Origin: Saccostrea cucullata
Taxonomy: Eukaryota
Direction of reading: 5' to 3'
NCBI RefSeq assembly: GCF_032062105.1
Contig: NW_026937360.1
Location: 682,001 to 746,000 of the forward strand
Length of the DNA: 64,000 nt
In this document: positions 26,840-39,070 of the stretch, one piece after another
Position numbering within the stretch: position 1 is the first letter of the stretch
Layout of the letters: every line of letters begins with the position of its first letter
The notes under the pieces: generated by a model
What the model was told of the DNA's origin: nothing
The model's database searches: none
What the model saw: only the letters and a program-made list of their open reading frames with translations
Translations under genes and position numbers: made by a program

Positions 26840-29276
26840 TTTCCTCTTTCACCTCCGAACTGCTTATGGTTTACAAATCCACAAATGAAAGGAACGAAAG
26901 TAACGGAAAAAAAAATAATCACGAACTAAAATAAAGCAAGTTATTAAGAACTACTCCTCGGCACTTTTTAATGAGTCAAGCCATTTTTGTACTTCACCAG
27001 TTCAATGTTTTTCTACACATTAATTAGATGACATCTATAAAAAGTTTTCCTTCTTAATTCCATAAACAGCTAAAGAAGGCTTACGTATCTAAATCCATGC
27101 GAACATTGAAACAAATATGTCCGTATATGTCACAACGTGTATTGATCTATAATCTGCTAATATTAATACACATATATAAAATATATTAACCTGGGTGAAA
27201 CTAACAATGAGTTAATCTTAGGATAAAGCCAGCCTTCGGACTTCTTTCAGGCGACGGGTTTAAATCATGTATCGATTTAAAAAACTGCATTATTTTTAAT
27301 TTTCCAATTCCAGGCACTCACGTTGTTGCTTGCCTCCGCCGTAGATACGAACTAGGTGTTGGAGAGTTTAAATCCCTTAAAATCGCTTGACAATCATATA
27401 TTTCTCCGATTACCTCATTGTTTGTAAATGGAGATAGCTCCTAATGACGATCTGGTAGTTAAAACTTTCTCCTTGGAAAGGAACGATTTCAACATAATTT
27501 ATTACGTAATTAGTAATGATTTCAAATAGAAATAAATTAGGAATGATTTCACATAAATTACAATATAATGTAAATTTTTATCCAGATTTTAAAAAATTCG
27601 AATATATTATTTTTTTGTGGTTTTATTACAGACGAAAATATTACAGAATTGGTAAACAGCGAGTCAAATTACATCCAGTATTCTACAACAAGACTATGAA
27701 GATTTGAAAACCTGGGATAATTAAGCTCTCATCCAGCGAAATTCACGTTTTGTCGAATACAATTTCAGATTTAAATATTGATGAAAAAAAATAAATAGAT
27801 ATTAATATTATATTCTTTTTTAAATAGATAATAGTATGTAGACTCCAATTTGCAATGTTCAAAAATTAAAAGTGTCTTATAAAAAAGGGCTATTGTGTGC
27901 ATGTAACACGCGCACTTTAATGGCCACACTTTTTGTTATCTGTGTAACGTTTTATAATTTTTCATTGACTGGATCGAGTTTTTCTTCGTGGTGACATAAA
28001 TATTTGCAGTTAATCACGACAGAATTCGTTTCTTTTATCTTATTCATATCATTGGTCTACCTAGTGAACGTCGTTAAAATTCAAATTCACCTAGCAGTAA
28101 TGATACATTAGAGTTGTGTTCTTTGATATTTATCATGGTAGCACATAGGTATTTTTCTTTTTAAAAAAACAAAATTCACAATGCTCTTGTCCATCCAGTA
28201 ACGTTAGAACATAAAAACCATTGATTTCTAAATTTCCTTAATGTTAAGCTTGAATAAATATGATCAAATGTGTGCTGGGTCATGCCAATTAATATATATA
28301 GCATAAGATACAATTATTGATATCATTTATCATTTGACCATGAAAAATTATGCTGTTTATTTTAAATCTATAGGATATAAATATAAAATGATTTTTTTAA
28401 ATACATTTTGAACAACAGTGGTATATCAAAACCTAAAAAATTACTGAAAGATAACAATTTTCAGATATTGAAATGAACTAAAAGAGAAAATCAGTAGAAA
28501 CCTCGATGTGAAAATAATGACCTAACTATTATATGAAAACATGAACTAACATTCGATTTCATGAAAATTTGTATTTGCTGACAAGATATTTGTATCGATC
28601 TACATTTTTGCAAATTATTGACTTCAAACGAGACAGTAAATTTCTCCGTATCATTAACTTATTTGTCAAAAGCTTGCCTCCTTTAGAAATTTTATATGCC
28701 CTTGTGATGCAGATAATAATAGAATATTCTTACATAAATGAGGGACGTTAACGTGTTTTAAGTCATCAATTTTTCAAAATGTGTTGTTGTAAAGTTTGTA
28801 CTTTCATCATGTTTTTTTTTCAGAAGCTCGATGGTATTACCTGAATAAAAATCCTATGTTAAAATATCAAATTGTTTTTTTTAAAACCCTAGCCTAAATT
28901 ATTCAGATTAGACAAACTTTGATGAATTTGTTGATATCATTTTTTAATTAAAGTCTTTACAAACCAGAGTTGAAAGCGAAGGTATTTCTAAGGATTGTTC
29001 ATTTTGTTAAAAGGACAATGCTATTGAAGGGAAATAAATCGATTGTGCACAAAGATATTTAACAAACTCGTCGTATATATTACGAGTAAATATAATCATG
29101 TCTGAACATTTACCCATCCTGTGTCATGAAAATTAGTTAATGTGGATTAAGTGTTTGCATAAATGTGTTTGATACTTAGTATCTGAGACCAAAATCTATC
29201 GTGAAAAGTAAAAAAAAATTATAAAAGTTTTTTTTGAATGTGAATGGTATAATGAAAAGAGAACATTCATATGACC

Positions 29277-29280
<4 letters not shown>

Positions 29281-29343
<63 letters not shown>
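29281..29343. repeat. (CT)n microsatellite
   Basis: Perfect CT run of about 31 units. Confidence 0.95.
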
Positions 29344-29347
<4 letters not shown>

Positions 29348-30856
29348 TGACACGTAATGCTATACCCTCTTATTGCTCTAAACTAAAATAAAGCTCATAA
29401 TAAAGACTACATGAATATTATTATCTTGATGAGCATTCATATATATATTAAAAATTATCCCGTTGTATCGTACGCAATCATTTTATTTAAAACATTTTAA
29501 AGAAAAAGTTCGAACCCTTTTGTAACTCCACTTTAACTGCTTCAAATAAAGGCCATAATCATAAAAATCATCTACACACATCCCTTTGCAATTTCAGAGA
29601 ACACTGTATGTGGATGTTTTTACATAATGTGACTGCATCCTGTTGGCCATGGTCTTTTGAAAGATTCTAGGTATTTTTCTCTAAAATTATTTACCTATTT
29701 TCCTCATTCAAAAACCAAACAAATAAAAACAGTATATGTAATGAACCAGCTATAATACTAAATTGACCAAATTTTAAACCATTATATCAAGATACAAGAC
29801 TATCCAAGGATCAAATACATTGTACGATTGAAATTGGATGATACATGTTAATGAACAAAGAGACTATTAAAGCAAATATTCAATACCTTACCATTGTATG
29901 AATGATCAAAGTAAAATATAAGGGTTTACAGTTTGTTGCAACAGAACAAGTAAAATAATGAGTAAATGTTACCTATTCATAAAGGAATGATTTGTGTTTC
30001 TGTTGGTATTTTATAAAGTTGTTTGGTAAAAAATTTACAAAATTATTTCGTTTTCCTTCATTTGCTGTTGAAAAACTTGCATTTGAATAAACATGGTCCA
30101 AAATACCATAGATAATATTTTTAACAAATGTGTTTTAATAAATGTTGGTAATTGTATATTCTAAACGACCGATATACTCAGTAGTTAAAATAAATATATA
30201 AAATACATGTATTTTAACAAAAAAAAAATTTTTTGAAACTCTTTTGAACCTCAGACTACTCATTGAGCTGAAAATACCTGAGTTTTGCATATTTTGAGTA
30301 ATGCTTGCTGTATCATTGAAAATAACCTTAGTGAAACGTCAATTGCAATTTGTGTGTTAAACCAAAACCAGACAAGTTTATAAACTTTACTGAATCTAGC
30401 AAATTGCCAAATGCATGAAATTGTATTTTAACAGTTCGGACTTCAGAATTCACTTCTTTATTAAATGTGGCGAATCAAGACATCTTTTTGTTTTACTCCA
30501 AAAGACATCAACATGGTTGAAGCTGACAACAAAGGAGGGACTAGACAAACTTTATTTTTTGTATAACTATCAAAAAAAAATACCAAAAGATGGTAAATTA
30601 ATGGCGGTATAATCAAAATCCATTAACTTATACCCAAAATGTGGGCATCATATACACTGTTAAATACTAATCATCACATGACGTGGTTGCATATCGTTAA
30701 TATCACATTTTTGAACAAGAACAATTAGAACTGCTCTTGGCGCAATTATCAGTGGGCAACTCACATATGGCACTTTTTTGTATTTAGTCCTGTTAATCTG
30801 TTCTTCAAGCATAGAAGCACAATGGCATGAGCCACAGTTTTCAAGTATCAGAGAAG

Positions 30857-33800
30857 CTATTTCGTGTTGAATTCAAAAATACTTAATGCATCGGTCTTTT
30901 CTCGAAGAATTCCAGGAGTATCATCTAAATACAAAGGTTCTATTTTTACTGGTGGTTGAGACATGATAATATCATGTGATCCAATGACACGTGACTTAGC
31001 TAGCGTTCTTTTACACTTCTTTCCTTTCTTGCGTAGTATAATTAATAAAATGATTAAAGATATGATGAATAAGGATCCAAGTATAATGATGACGTAGTAC
31101 ACAATATCAGATTCGTCCTCTGTCGTGATATCTGCAAACAAAAAGAAACTATAAATAAATCACATGTATACCACCAAATGTACATACTGCTAAATTGGAA
31201 CGTATATTTAAGAACAATTGTTTCTTTTAGTTTCCAGAATGATGTTTTGTCTATATTTCAGTACGGTATGTTTAAAATGAGGTTTTCAATATATACCGTA
31301 TGTAATCATAAATAATAGATATTGAAAATAAATATATAAAAATTTTAAAAAATTATCTTTGTTTTGTAGTTAACAAACTTTTACATGTATTATAATTTGA
31401 TAGCCCTTGTGATTTTATAGAAAAATCTAGTCTGTTCTCAAACGCAGGTGCAAAGAAATGTAGTAAAGTTACAGGACTTATACTCGTATACTGGAACTCA
31501 ACTTACGACAGGTCGAATCAGCACCAGAAAAAGTAAGTTTCAGTCCCGGAGAGGCAACAGAGGTTGGTGTTTGGGTAGAATCGGAACAAATTTTTGGAAA
31601 TAATGTAGCAGATGTTCCTTTCACAACCTGCAAACAGATCAAAATGAAAAGGACCATTAACCATTATTTGTAAAATTAATTGAAAAGATTTTAAGATTTT
31701 ATGTCTATGCTGGTCATGCACGTAAATATGTAAATATTCCTTTTAATTGTTTTATTCACAAAAAAGACTTACAAGACAGGCAAATTTATATGTTTGTTCT
31801 GTGACCAAATCATAGGACCTTGTGTACGTAGAAGTCACAGTCGTGTCATTGTTCCAGAGTGAGACATACGTATAACCATTACTATTTATGCTTCTTAGGC
31901 ATGTCCAAAATCCTCCTGCTGTTGGAAGCATGTAACAATTTAAACAATGAAACATGAATACAACAAACTGTAATCATGCTCAAACGTTCATTCATACCAT
32001 ATATAAACACAGACCTCTTAAAAACATCAAATGGTGGGATCAGGAGCCATTGAAATAAGTAAAGTATATCCATATGGTTGAAAGTTGATAATGATGAGGA
32101 AGTGTAAGCCAGTACGTACCAGAGAATTTGTGCTGAGATTGACATGAAGAATGGTAAGTAAAAGACATCTTGGTTTTACCAGAACATCCATCCATTGTAT
32201 TATTCTCACAACTGGAAGCGTCATTATGTTCGGTGATAGTAACCAATGAAAATTTATCCAAAAGGTCTGTAGCACAAGTAGCTTCGGATGATCCATTCTC
32301 TATTGAACCTGCAATAATATTATAACTGTATTATAATATTAGTTACGCACTCTCTTTTGCAATTTTTTAATGAGTTTCGTAAAATACCCGGCTTTTTATT
32401 AGATGGACCTTTAAAAATATTGAAGTTTCGAAATGGCCTTTGAATGGATGATCCAGATTAACAGTTCGGGACGATATTCTTGCGATTTAATTTTAGAAGG
32501 TTATATCCTCTAACCCATTTTTATTATTATTTTACTTTTAATAAAACTTTAAGAGTATGTGTATATGTTTAAATTAAAACAAGATTCGATTTCAATATCA
32601 ATAAAACTATATTAGCATCACACCATCTTTAAATTCCATAAAAGTACCTACTATGCTATGAAAATTTGTCTAAAATTTACTTTTGATGCATTACATTTTT
32701 TCTGTCACGGTCTATCATCAATATTATCATCATCAAAATTACTTCAACTAGGGGAATTAAAAGTATATATTTACCATCTTTTATTATAGTGACAAAGTAT
32801 GTCGTGTCATATGACTCGCCACAGGTCTCTTCGAATGTTGGAATTTGCCCGTTAAATCCTCCTCTGTTGTGATCATTATTGGTTGTACTGATTGCTACAA
32901 AAAAGCGAAACTAGCTGTACTTTCTGAAACAAATTCCTATGTCCTCAGAAGGAAACAAAACTTCAAAGTCCCTAAAATGGTTATCTATAGTGAAAAGGTG
33001 ATGATGATAAATAGTGATCAATCTAAAAATATCTTAAATAAAATTTTTGGAGACGTCTAATTCTGTCTTTTGTGATATTTCATGTAGAAAGAGGGCGATT
33101 TAAGTTTTTAGAACTTGTGCCCAATTCCATTGTATATATTTATTGCAGTAAATTATGTTCAAATCAAACCCTCTGGAACAGATAGACAGAGCCTTCCATA
33201 CTCAAATTCACAATAAAAACAGTCTAATCAATTGGAATGAGACAGGTTAGCTTAATACGACCAACTGAAAGATTGTTTGATTTGCTAACATGCTCATAAT
33301 TATGAATTTACGAAATTCTGATTTTAAGGGGTCGATGCAATCCCTGAAATATCAACTTATGTAACTGTCAGTTGCCTACATGTACCTCAGTAAAAAAAAA
33401 GAATGATCGTATATCGAGCATGCTCTTGAGAATATTGAATAAGCGAGATGTTAAACTATATTCAGGTGACAGTAGGATATTACTTAATGAATCAGGAAAT
33501 TTGACGATTAAAAAGCTGAACTTGAGTCATCCTTTTTGTCATACAATTTAGTACCAAGTTGGTTCTTATCTCGTATAGTCAGTAAAAGCATCCAAATATG
33601 AAAAAAAAGATGTAGCAAACTCTGTAGTATTTTATGTCCACTTGCATATACCGAGTCGATATATGAATGGACGAAACTATAACTGTTAATTGATTATATA
33701 TCGTCGACATTATCTAAATATCGAGTTGAAGGACACGGCAAGTGTTTTCTTTTTCTTACCTAAAAATTGTGAATGAAATCTGCTTGAAAAGAACAAAAAA

Positions 33801-36663
33801 AAACCCAGTTCAGTTAATAAGGGATTCCAATAAGCAAACATTTGCATTCCATAAATTTGTTGGACGAACTATAGCTTCCGAAGACTGTATGAATGTTGTC
33901 AGTGTGGAGCTCTAGTACCATTTAAATATCATCAGCAATACAGTGATTTTGAACAAAGTACGTATGTAAATTAGAAAGATTTAAGAAAAAAAGAAAAAAT
34001 ATTTAAAAAAAAATAAAAAGCAGGGAAAGCAAACATAATGAAAGCATCAGCTCAGGTATTCTTCTCAATAGGCAGAACGAACGAATTATATGACGACCAT
34101 GACTTGTTTCATTATTGAAAATTTGAAGCAGTATACCCCATATACACACCAATCTATCATTAAGTCAAATGTTGACTGAAGTTTTCCATACTAGTTGTTA
34201 GGCTATTATTATTCCACTGAATTGTCCGTTATTTCCCGATCATGACAAGGAGCACACGGTCGGCAGGGGATGCTCACTCTTCTGGCATCTGATCCCACCT
34301 CTGATGTTTAAGAGGCCTGTGTTTACTCTGTTCCTGATTTGTACCGGTGTTTGTTTGAATAGACTTTTGAGCTGCTTGGATACTGTCTGTTATCTTCATA
34401 TTTCATACATATCCAATGAAATAAAAAAGATTTGTATTGAAAAGCTAAAGATTGTTTTTCCCTTAACGTTGGTCGTATTTGTTTATTTGTTCGCACTGAT
34501 TGTGAACATTGCATTAAATTGATGCAGCTTGATACAATTTGAAAACCAAAAGAAGCATTCCTTTAATTTCTAAAGTATGTTCAAAAAGTGATAATGATAA
34601 CTTAACATGATTTCACAATAAATACTCATAACATAAGGAGATCAAGATATCTACGTCTGTAGATCTGACCATTGATTCTTTCGCATCAAAATTATCATTG
34701 TATCTCCCAATTCATAATTCATATATTCCTTCCTGTTTTATGAAAACGAAGCCTCTGACTTAATTTCACTTTTCAATTATAATTGTGTAGGGGAATCGTG
34801 AGATACGTACAGTAAAATGTAATTGGATTTTTTCGCATAAATAATTTAGCATTACGGAAAGCTCTTTGTGACAAAGAGGAAGTATAAAAATCGAATATTT
34901 ACATCAGTATTTTGCCTTTAACTAATGAGCTACATCGACATAATTATTTGAAAACAGACGAGATTTATTGCATATTCTTACAGAATCGATTACTATTCAA
35001 AATTGCATCGAAAACACATACCTGTTTTGTGAAAATAGTAGTACTTTGTGGCAGAAACTCTCCAGAATTCTAAACAAATAAAGCCGTTAACCAGTCCCCC
35101 GAATATAAGGACAGTCTCAGTAGATCTATGAACAAAAGAATTAAATTGATCAAAGTAAATTGACTCAGTTGATGTTAAAATCATGATTCAGTAGTAATGA
35201 TTTATTTATTTGAGTATTGAAATTCAGGTGGTATATAATTTGTCGAGTTCAACACAGTTTTACAAAGTTGATAAAGAAATCCAACTGTATAAATAAAGAA
35301 ACTTTTGAATTAATAAAAATGTATACTATTTCATCACTCCTTAGAAAAAAGATTCAATGGATAAATTATATATAGTTTCAAACAGAATGTGTTTACGTCA
35401 AAAAGAAAACTTACCTGAACATATATACTCTGTCTCTCTGTTCAATACATTCATAATCTAGAGAATTGACGCTGGTAGACATGAAGATAGGGTACCCTTG
35501 TATGTGTGTGGAGTTGATCGTCAATGGTCCTTTCTGGGCACTGTGCCATACCCCTTCTAATTCATCTGGTAGAGTACACAAACTTTCTAAAATAATAAGA
35601 ACGTCTACAAATGAAGTTTCTTTACATACTAGTTTGTATTGAACATCTTATTTGTCACCCGTCTTATATTCAACGGTGCTCATTCACATTTGCTTTTTTT
35701 TAAAATTTATTTTTTATTATTTATTTATTTGTTGTAATATTTTTATTGGGGGATGTTTTAAAGAACTATATGCATTTATATATTATTTTAGGTACAGGAT
35801 AAAATATTTTGCAAACATAACTTTATAAAAAATGTCTAATGACAACGTCTACAATTGTTCAGTTGTTGGTATTGCTCTTCTCTCTCTCTCTCTCTCTCTC
35901 ATACAAACAAAAATTATCAGTTTTCTGCAACTACTGTTAATCAATGTATTTAGTTTGAGCTGTGGGTTGCTGAAGACACACACATACACAGTTAGTGATT
36001 GAAACACTTTTATTTATCACAGAGAGGGACAGACGTTTTTTGTTTTTTTTTTAAATGTGAACCTTCCTTCTCAATGAAACAGAAAACCTTGGCACAATTT
36101 TTTTTAAGACGGAAAGCTTACTTGGGGACATTACAGACCTACTAACGAAACAAATAGGTTTAGATGATATGTCTAATGATGCATCAAGATATGCATACCT
36201 ATAATGATCCATTGACGCCTTTTTAATAAGCTTAAGAAATATTTCTTTACGGATTTCAATTTCTGTTTTCAATGAGGCATATTGTACAATAAAATCATTT
36301 GCCCACCAAGATGGGAAAAAATAAGTGACTGTTTGCATTAAATTACATTCCATCTATTCAATAAACTTCAATGGTCCTCGTTTTAGGTGAAAAAATGAAT
36401 TTGACACATCTTCACTAAAAGTCATGCTGATTTGTTTTCAGGACGAAAAATTTGAAAATTATACTTTTTTTCTTTTAGAATTATTTTTAGATAAACATGC
36501 TCTTGAAAATAAAGAAAATTGAAAATAAGAGCTTCAGATTCCTATAAAATATTTACAAAATAATTTTAAGAAATTAAAAAGAAAACAAAATAATTTTTGA
36601 CCTACCTGCGATTATAAGGATATTTCCAAGAGGAAAAAATAAAAGTAAGGAAAACTCTGGCAT
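30857..36663 (-). CDS. Paralog E: Cys-rich type-I membrane protein, closest to D, ~394 aa
   Basis: Exons 36663-36606, 35586-35415, 35125-35022, 32894-32775, 32308-32120, 31918-31773, 31627-31507, 31131-30857. 1185 nt open. Exons 2, 3, 5 and 7 equal those of D in length (172, 104, 189, 121). Motifs CTLPDELEGVW, EATCATDLL, GGFWTC, SLWNND, CSDSTQT; TM IVYYVIIILGSLFIISLIILLIIL. Confidence 0.88.
34040..34405 (+). mobile_element. Decayed Penelope-like retroelement 3' fragment
   Basis: CATGACAAGGAGCACACGG (34241) ... GGATGCTCACTCTTCTGGCATCTGATCCCACCTCTG matches the copy at ~22641-22720. Left boundary approximate. Confidence 0.5.
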
Positions 36664-37639
36664 GTCGCAAAATAAAAAAGACATTAGAAATTCATACTAA
36701 AGTATCAAGTCATGGATTTTCCATTATTGCGATAAAACAATGCATGTAGGTAAATTTAAATATCCGGGGAAAAAAAATTTTGGAAGATTTAGCCATTTCC
36801 ATTAAATTCTAAAGAAGGCAACGTTCCGTGCTTGCGCATATCACATTGATATTTTAGAACCCAAGCATTTAAACGAATCTATCGTTGGGTTGATTGTCTG
36901 TGGCGAGCAAAAATGGCATTGTGAATATTGTGTTTGTCGATAAAGGTATTTTAATCAATGAATAATTATTGCATTCAACGACAATGAAAGTGATTTTGAT
37001 AACAGGAGCTGGATGCTTGTATTTTAATACCTGCCATTCCGATTTTTGTCTCGTAAAGTCGTGAATCAAATTTCTGTATCGATTGTTATCCCAAAATGTC
37101 TTTAAATTTAATTTTAATTTATACATACGCATTAAAAGTCCTATACATCTGTATTCAGAGCCATATTTTCGTTCGTCGAGTAAAGAATGGCAAAAAAGAA
37201 AGGTAATTCAGAATTGTATACTTGTTAATATACGATGGTACAAAAGAATAAAGAAATAATTTTGGTATCTGTGTTAACCTTCTTTTATCAAGTTTTCTTC
37301 TAACTTACACTTTTATCAAGTTCTCTTACTGTGAGCAATGTTAGATTTTGCATGAGGGAAAATCCAAAATATATTTCAAAAAGTAAAATAGGAGGTGCAC
37401 AATGGCAAAGTAATAAAGATTCTGTGAAAGATCTTAATTTAACGAAAGACTTTGAGTTCCGCAAAAAATGAAATCCTTTTTCTATAATCTAATATATATT
37501 TTTATAGGAGCGTTTTATATTCATTGTCACCCAATAACAGTATCCAGACCCGAGCTTTGAAGTAATATGGTTCCCTGGGGGGTTATGAACTTATGACTCT
37601 GTTATCAATTATTCGCGGTAATATACATGTTTTTTCGCC

Positions 37640-38773
37640 TTTTTTATATAAATGTATTTTCCCCCTATCCCTTTGTCTGTTTATCCCCCCAAAAATAATC
37701 CTTGTCTACACCTTTTGATTGGTTGTAGCTATTATTTTTATATTTTACATGTTTATTCCTTCCTGGACCTTTCTTTAGGTACAGATATATTTAACTAATT
37801 GACCTTGAAGCTAGACCCACTTTTCCAAATAATTACCAAACCTTAACCTTGGTTATAGCACTTGAATATTTAGAGTAGGACTTTCATATTTCACAGATGT
37901 ATTCCTTGTGCAGTGGCCTTCCTTTGGAAAACAACAATTTGATCATTTCATCTACTTTTTAAAGAAATACTTTCACCATTATTTACATTATGGGAATTAA
38001 AAATTTTTACCTTGAAATCCGATTAACGCTTAAAAATTTAAACTTAAGGGGGCTGACTGGGGTTTCCGCTGCGCAATACTTCGCGCTTCATAGTAAAACA
38101 AAGCGCATTTACTGTTATAACGCAATTTTTTTCACTTGATTAAAAAAATTTGAAAAATTAAGAAATTAAAGGATGAAAAAATTTATTAGAATTTTATGTA
38201 ACTGATTTTTAAAACGATTTTTCAATTGATAGGTAGATTGACGTCACTGTAGTGTTTTTGACTTCATGATAACGTGAAACTCTTTAAAGAAGGGGTAATA
38301 AAAATGTTATAAAAGAAAAGTTATGAATATATATGCTCTTGAAATTTAAAACATAGAAACTTGAGAATCTCTCCATCATTTTAATTACTTTTTTGTTAAA
38401 ATCTTCTGTATCCGTCATATTTTGTAGAATAAAAACAGGAAAATTCGTTAATTTTTGGCATTTTGAGATGCCCCCTCTGGAAACAAGACATGTACTCTGA
38501 AGTCAATGTAAATTATATATGGTATGAAAATAAATAGTTTCTCTATCGTAATTCTCACAATACCCCAGTCGGCTCCCTTAAGCAATAACTCTTTATAACG
38601 GTTGGTGCTTGGGTTTTCAAATACCACGGTCATATTAATTAAACAAGTCCTTTCCTTGGGTAACATTTTTCATCTCTTGACCTTGACCTGAAGGTTTGAC
38701 TTTCAATGAGAAACTTAAACCTTCGCTATTAGCTGCCATGAGGGGCATCAGTGTTTCACAAACACTTCTTGTT
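37640..38773 (-). mobile_element. Degraded Helentron-associated (HINE-like) element interrupted by a MITE
   Basis: The right end GGGGCATCAGTGTTTCACAAACACTTCTTGTTT reverse-complements to an AAACAAGA..GTGTTTGTGAAACAC..ATGCCCC start of the kind seen in bivalve HINE-type repeats. Internal TGACCTTGA motifs. Left boundary approximate. Confidence 0.4.
38048..38577. mobile_element. Kolobok-like non-autonomous DNA transposon
   Basis: TTAA on both sides (38044-47, 38578-81). TIRs GGGGGCTGACTGGGG and CCCCAGTCGGCTCCC give RR...YY termini. Confidence 0.7.
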
Positions 38774-38860
38774 TAGTTAATGATTCAACGATAATGCCGC
38801 GAAATCTTTTACATGTACGTAAAGATCTACATATATTCCAAGTTTGTTACAAATAATATA

Positions 38861-39070
38861 CTGTATACAGGATTATTTTCGCCCCGTTTAATTTTCGCCC
38901 TTTCACAATTGCAAACAATTTTGCCCCGATTTAAATTCGCCCAATCATAGTTTTTATTTAAAAAAAATTATACTGTATTATTTCATTTCGCCCCGTTTTA
39001 AATTCGCCCAAATGAGGGTAGGGCGAAAGGGGCGAAAATAAAACGGGGGCGAAAATTTCCCTGTATACAG
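38861..39070. mobile_element. Tc1/mariner-type MITE
   Basis: TA flanks. TIRs CTGTATACAGGATTATTTTCGCCCC and GGGGCGAAAATTTCCCTGTATACAG. Many internal TTCGCCC repeats. Confidence 0.85.
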
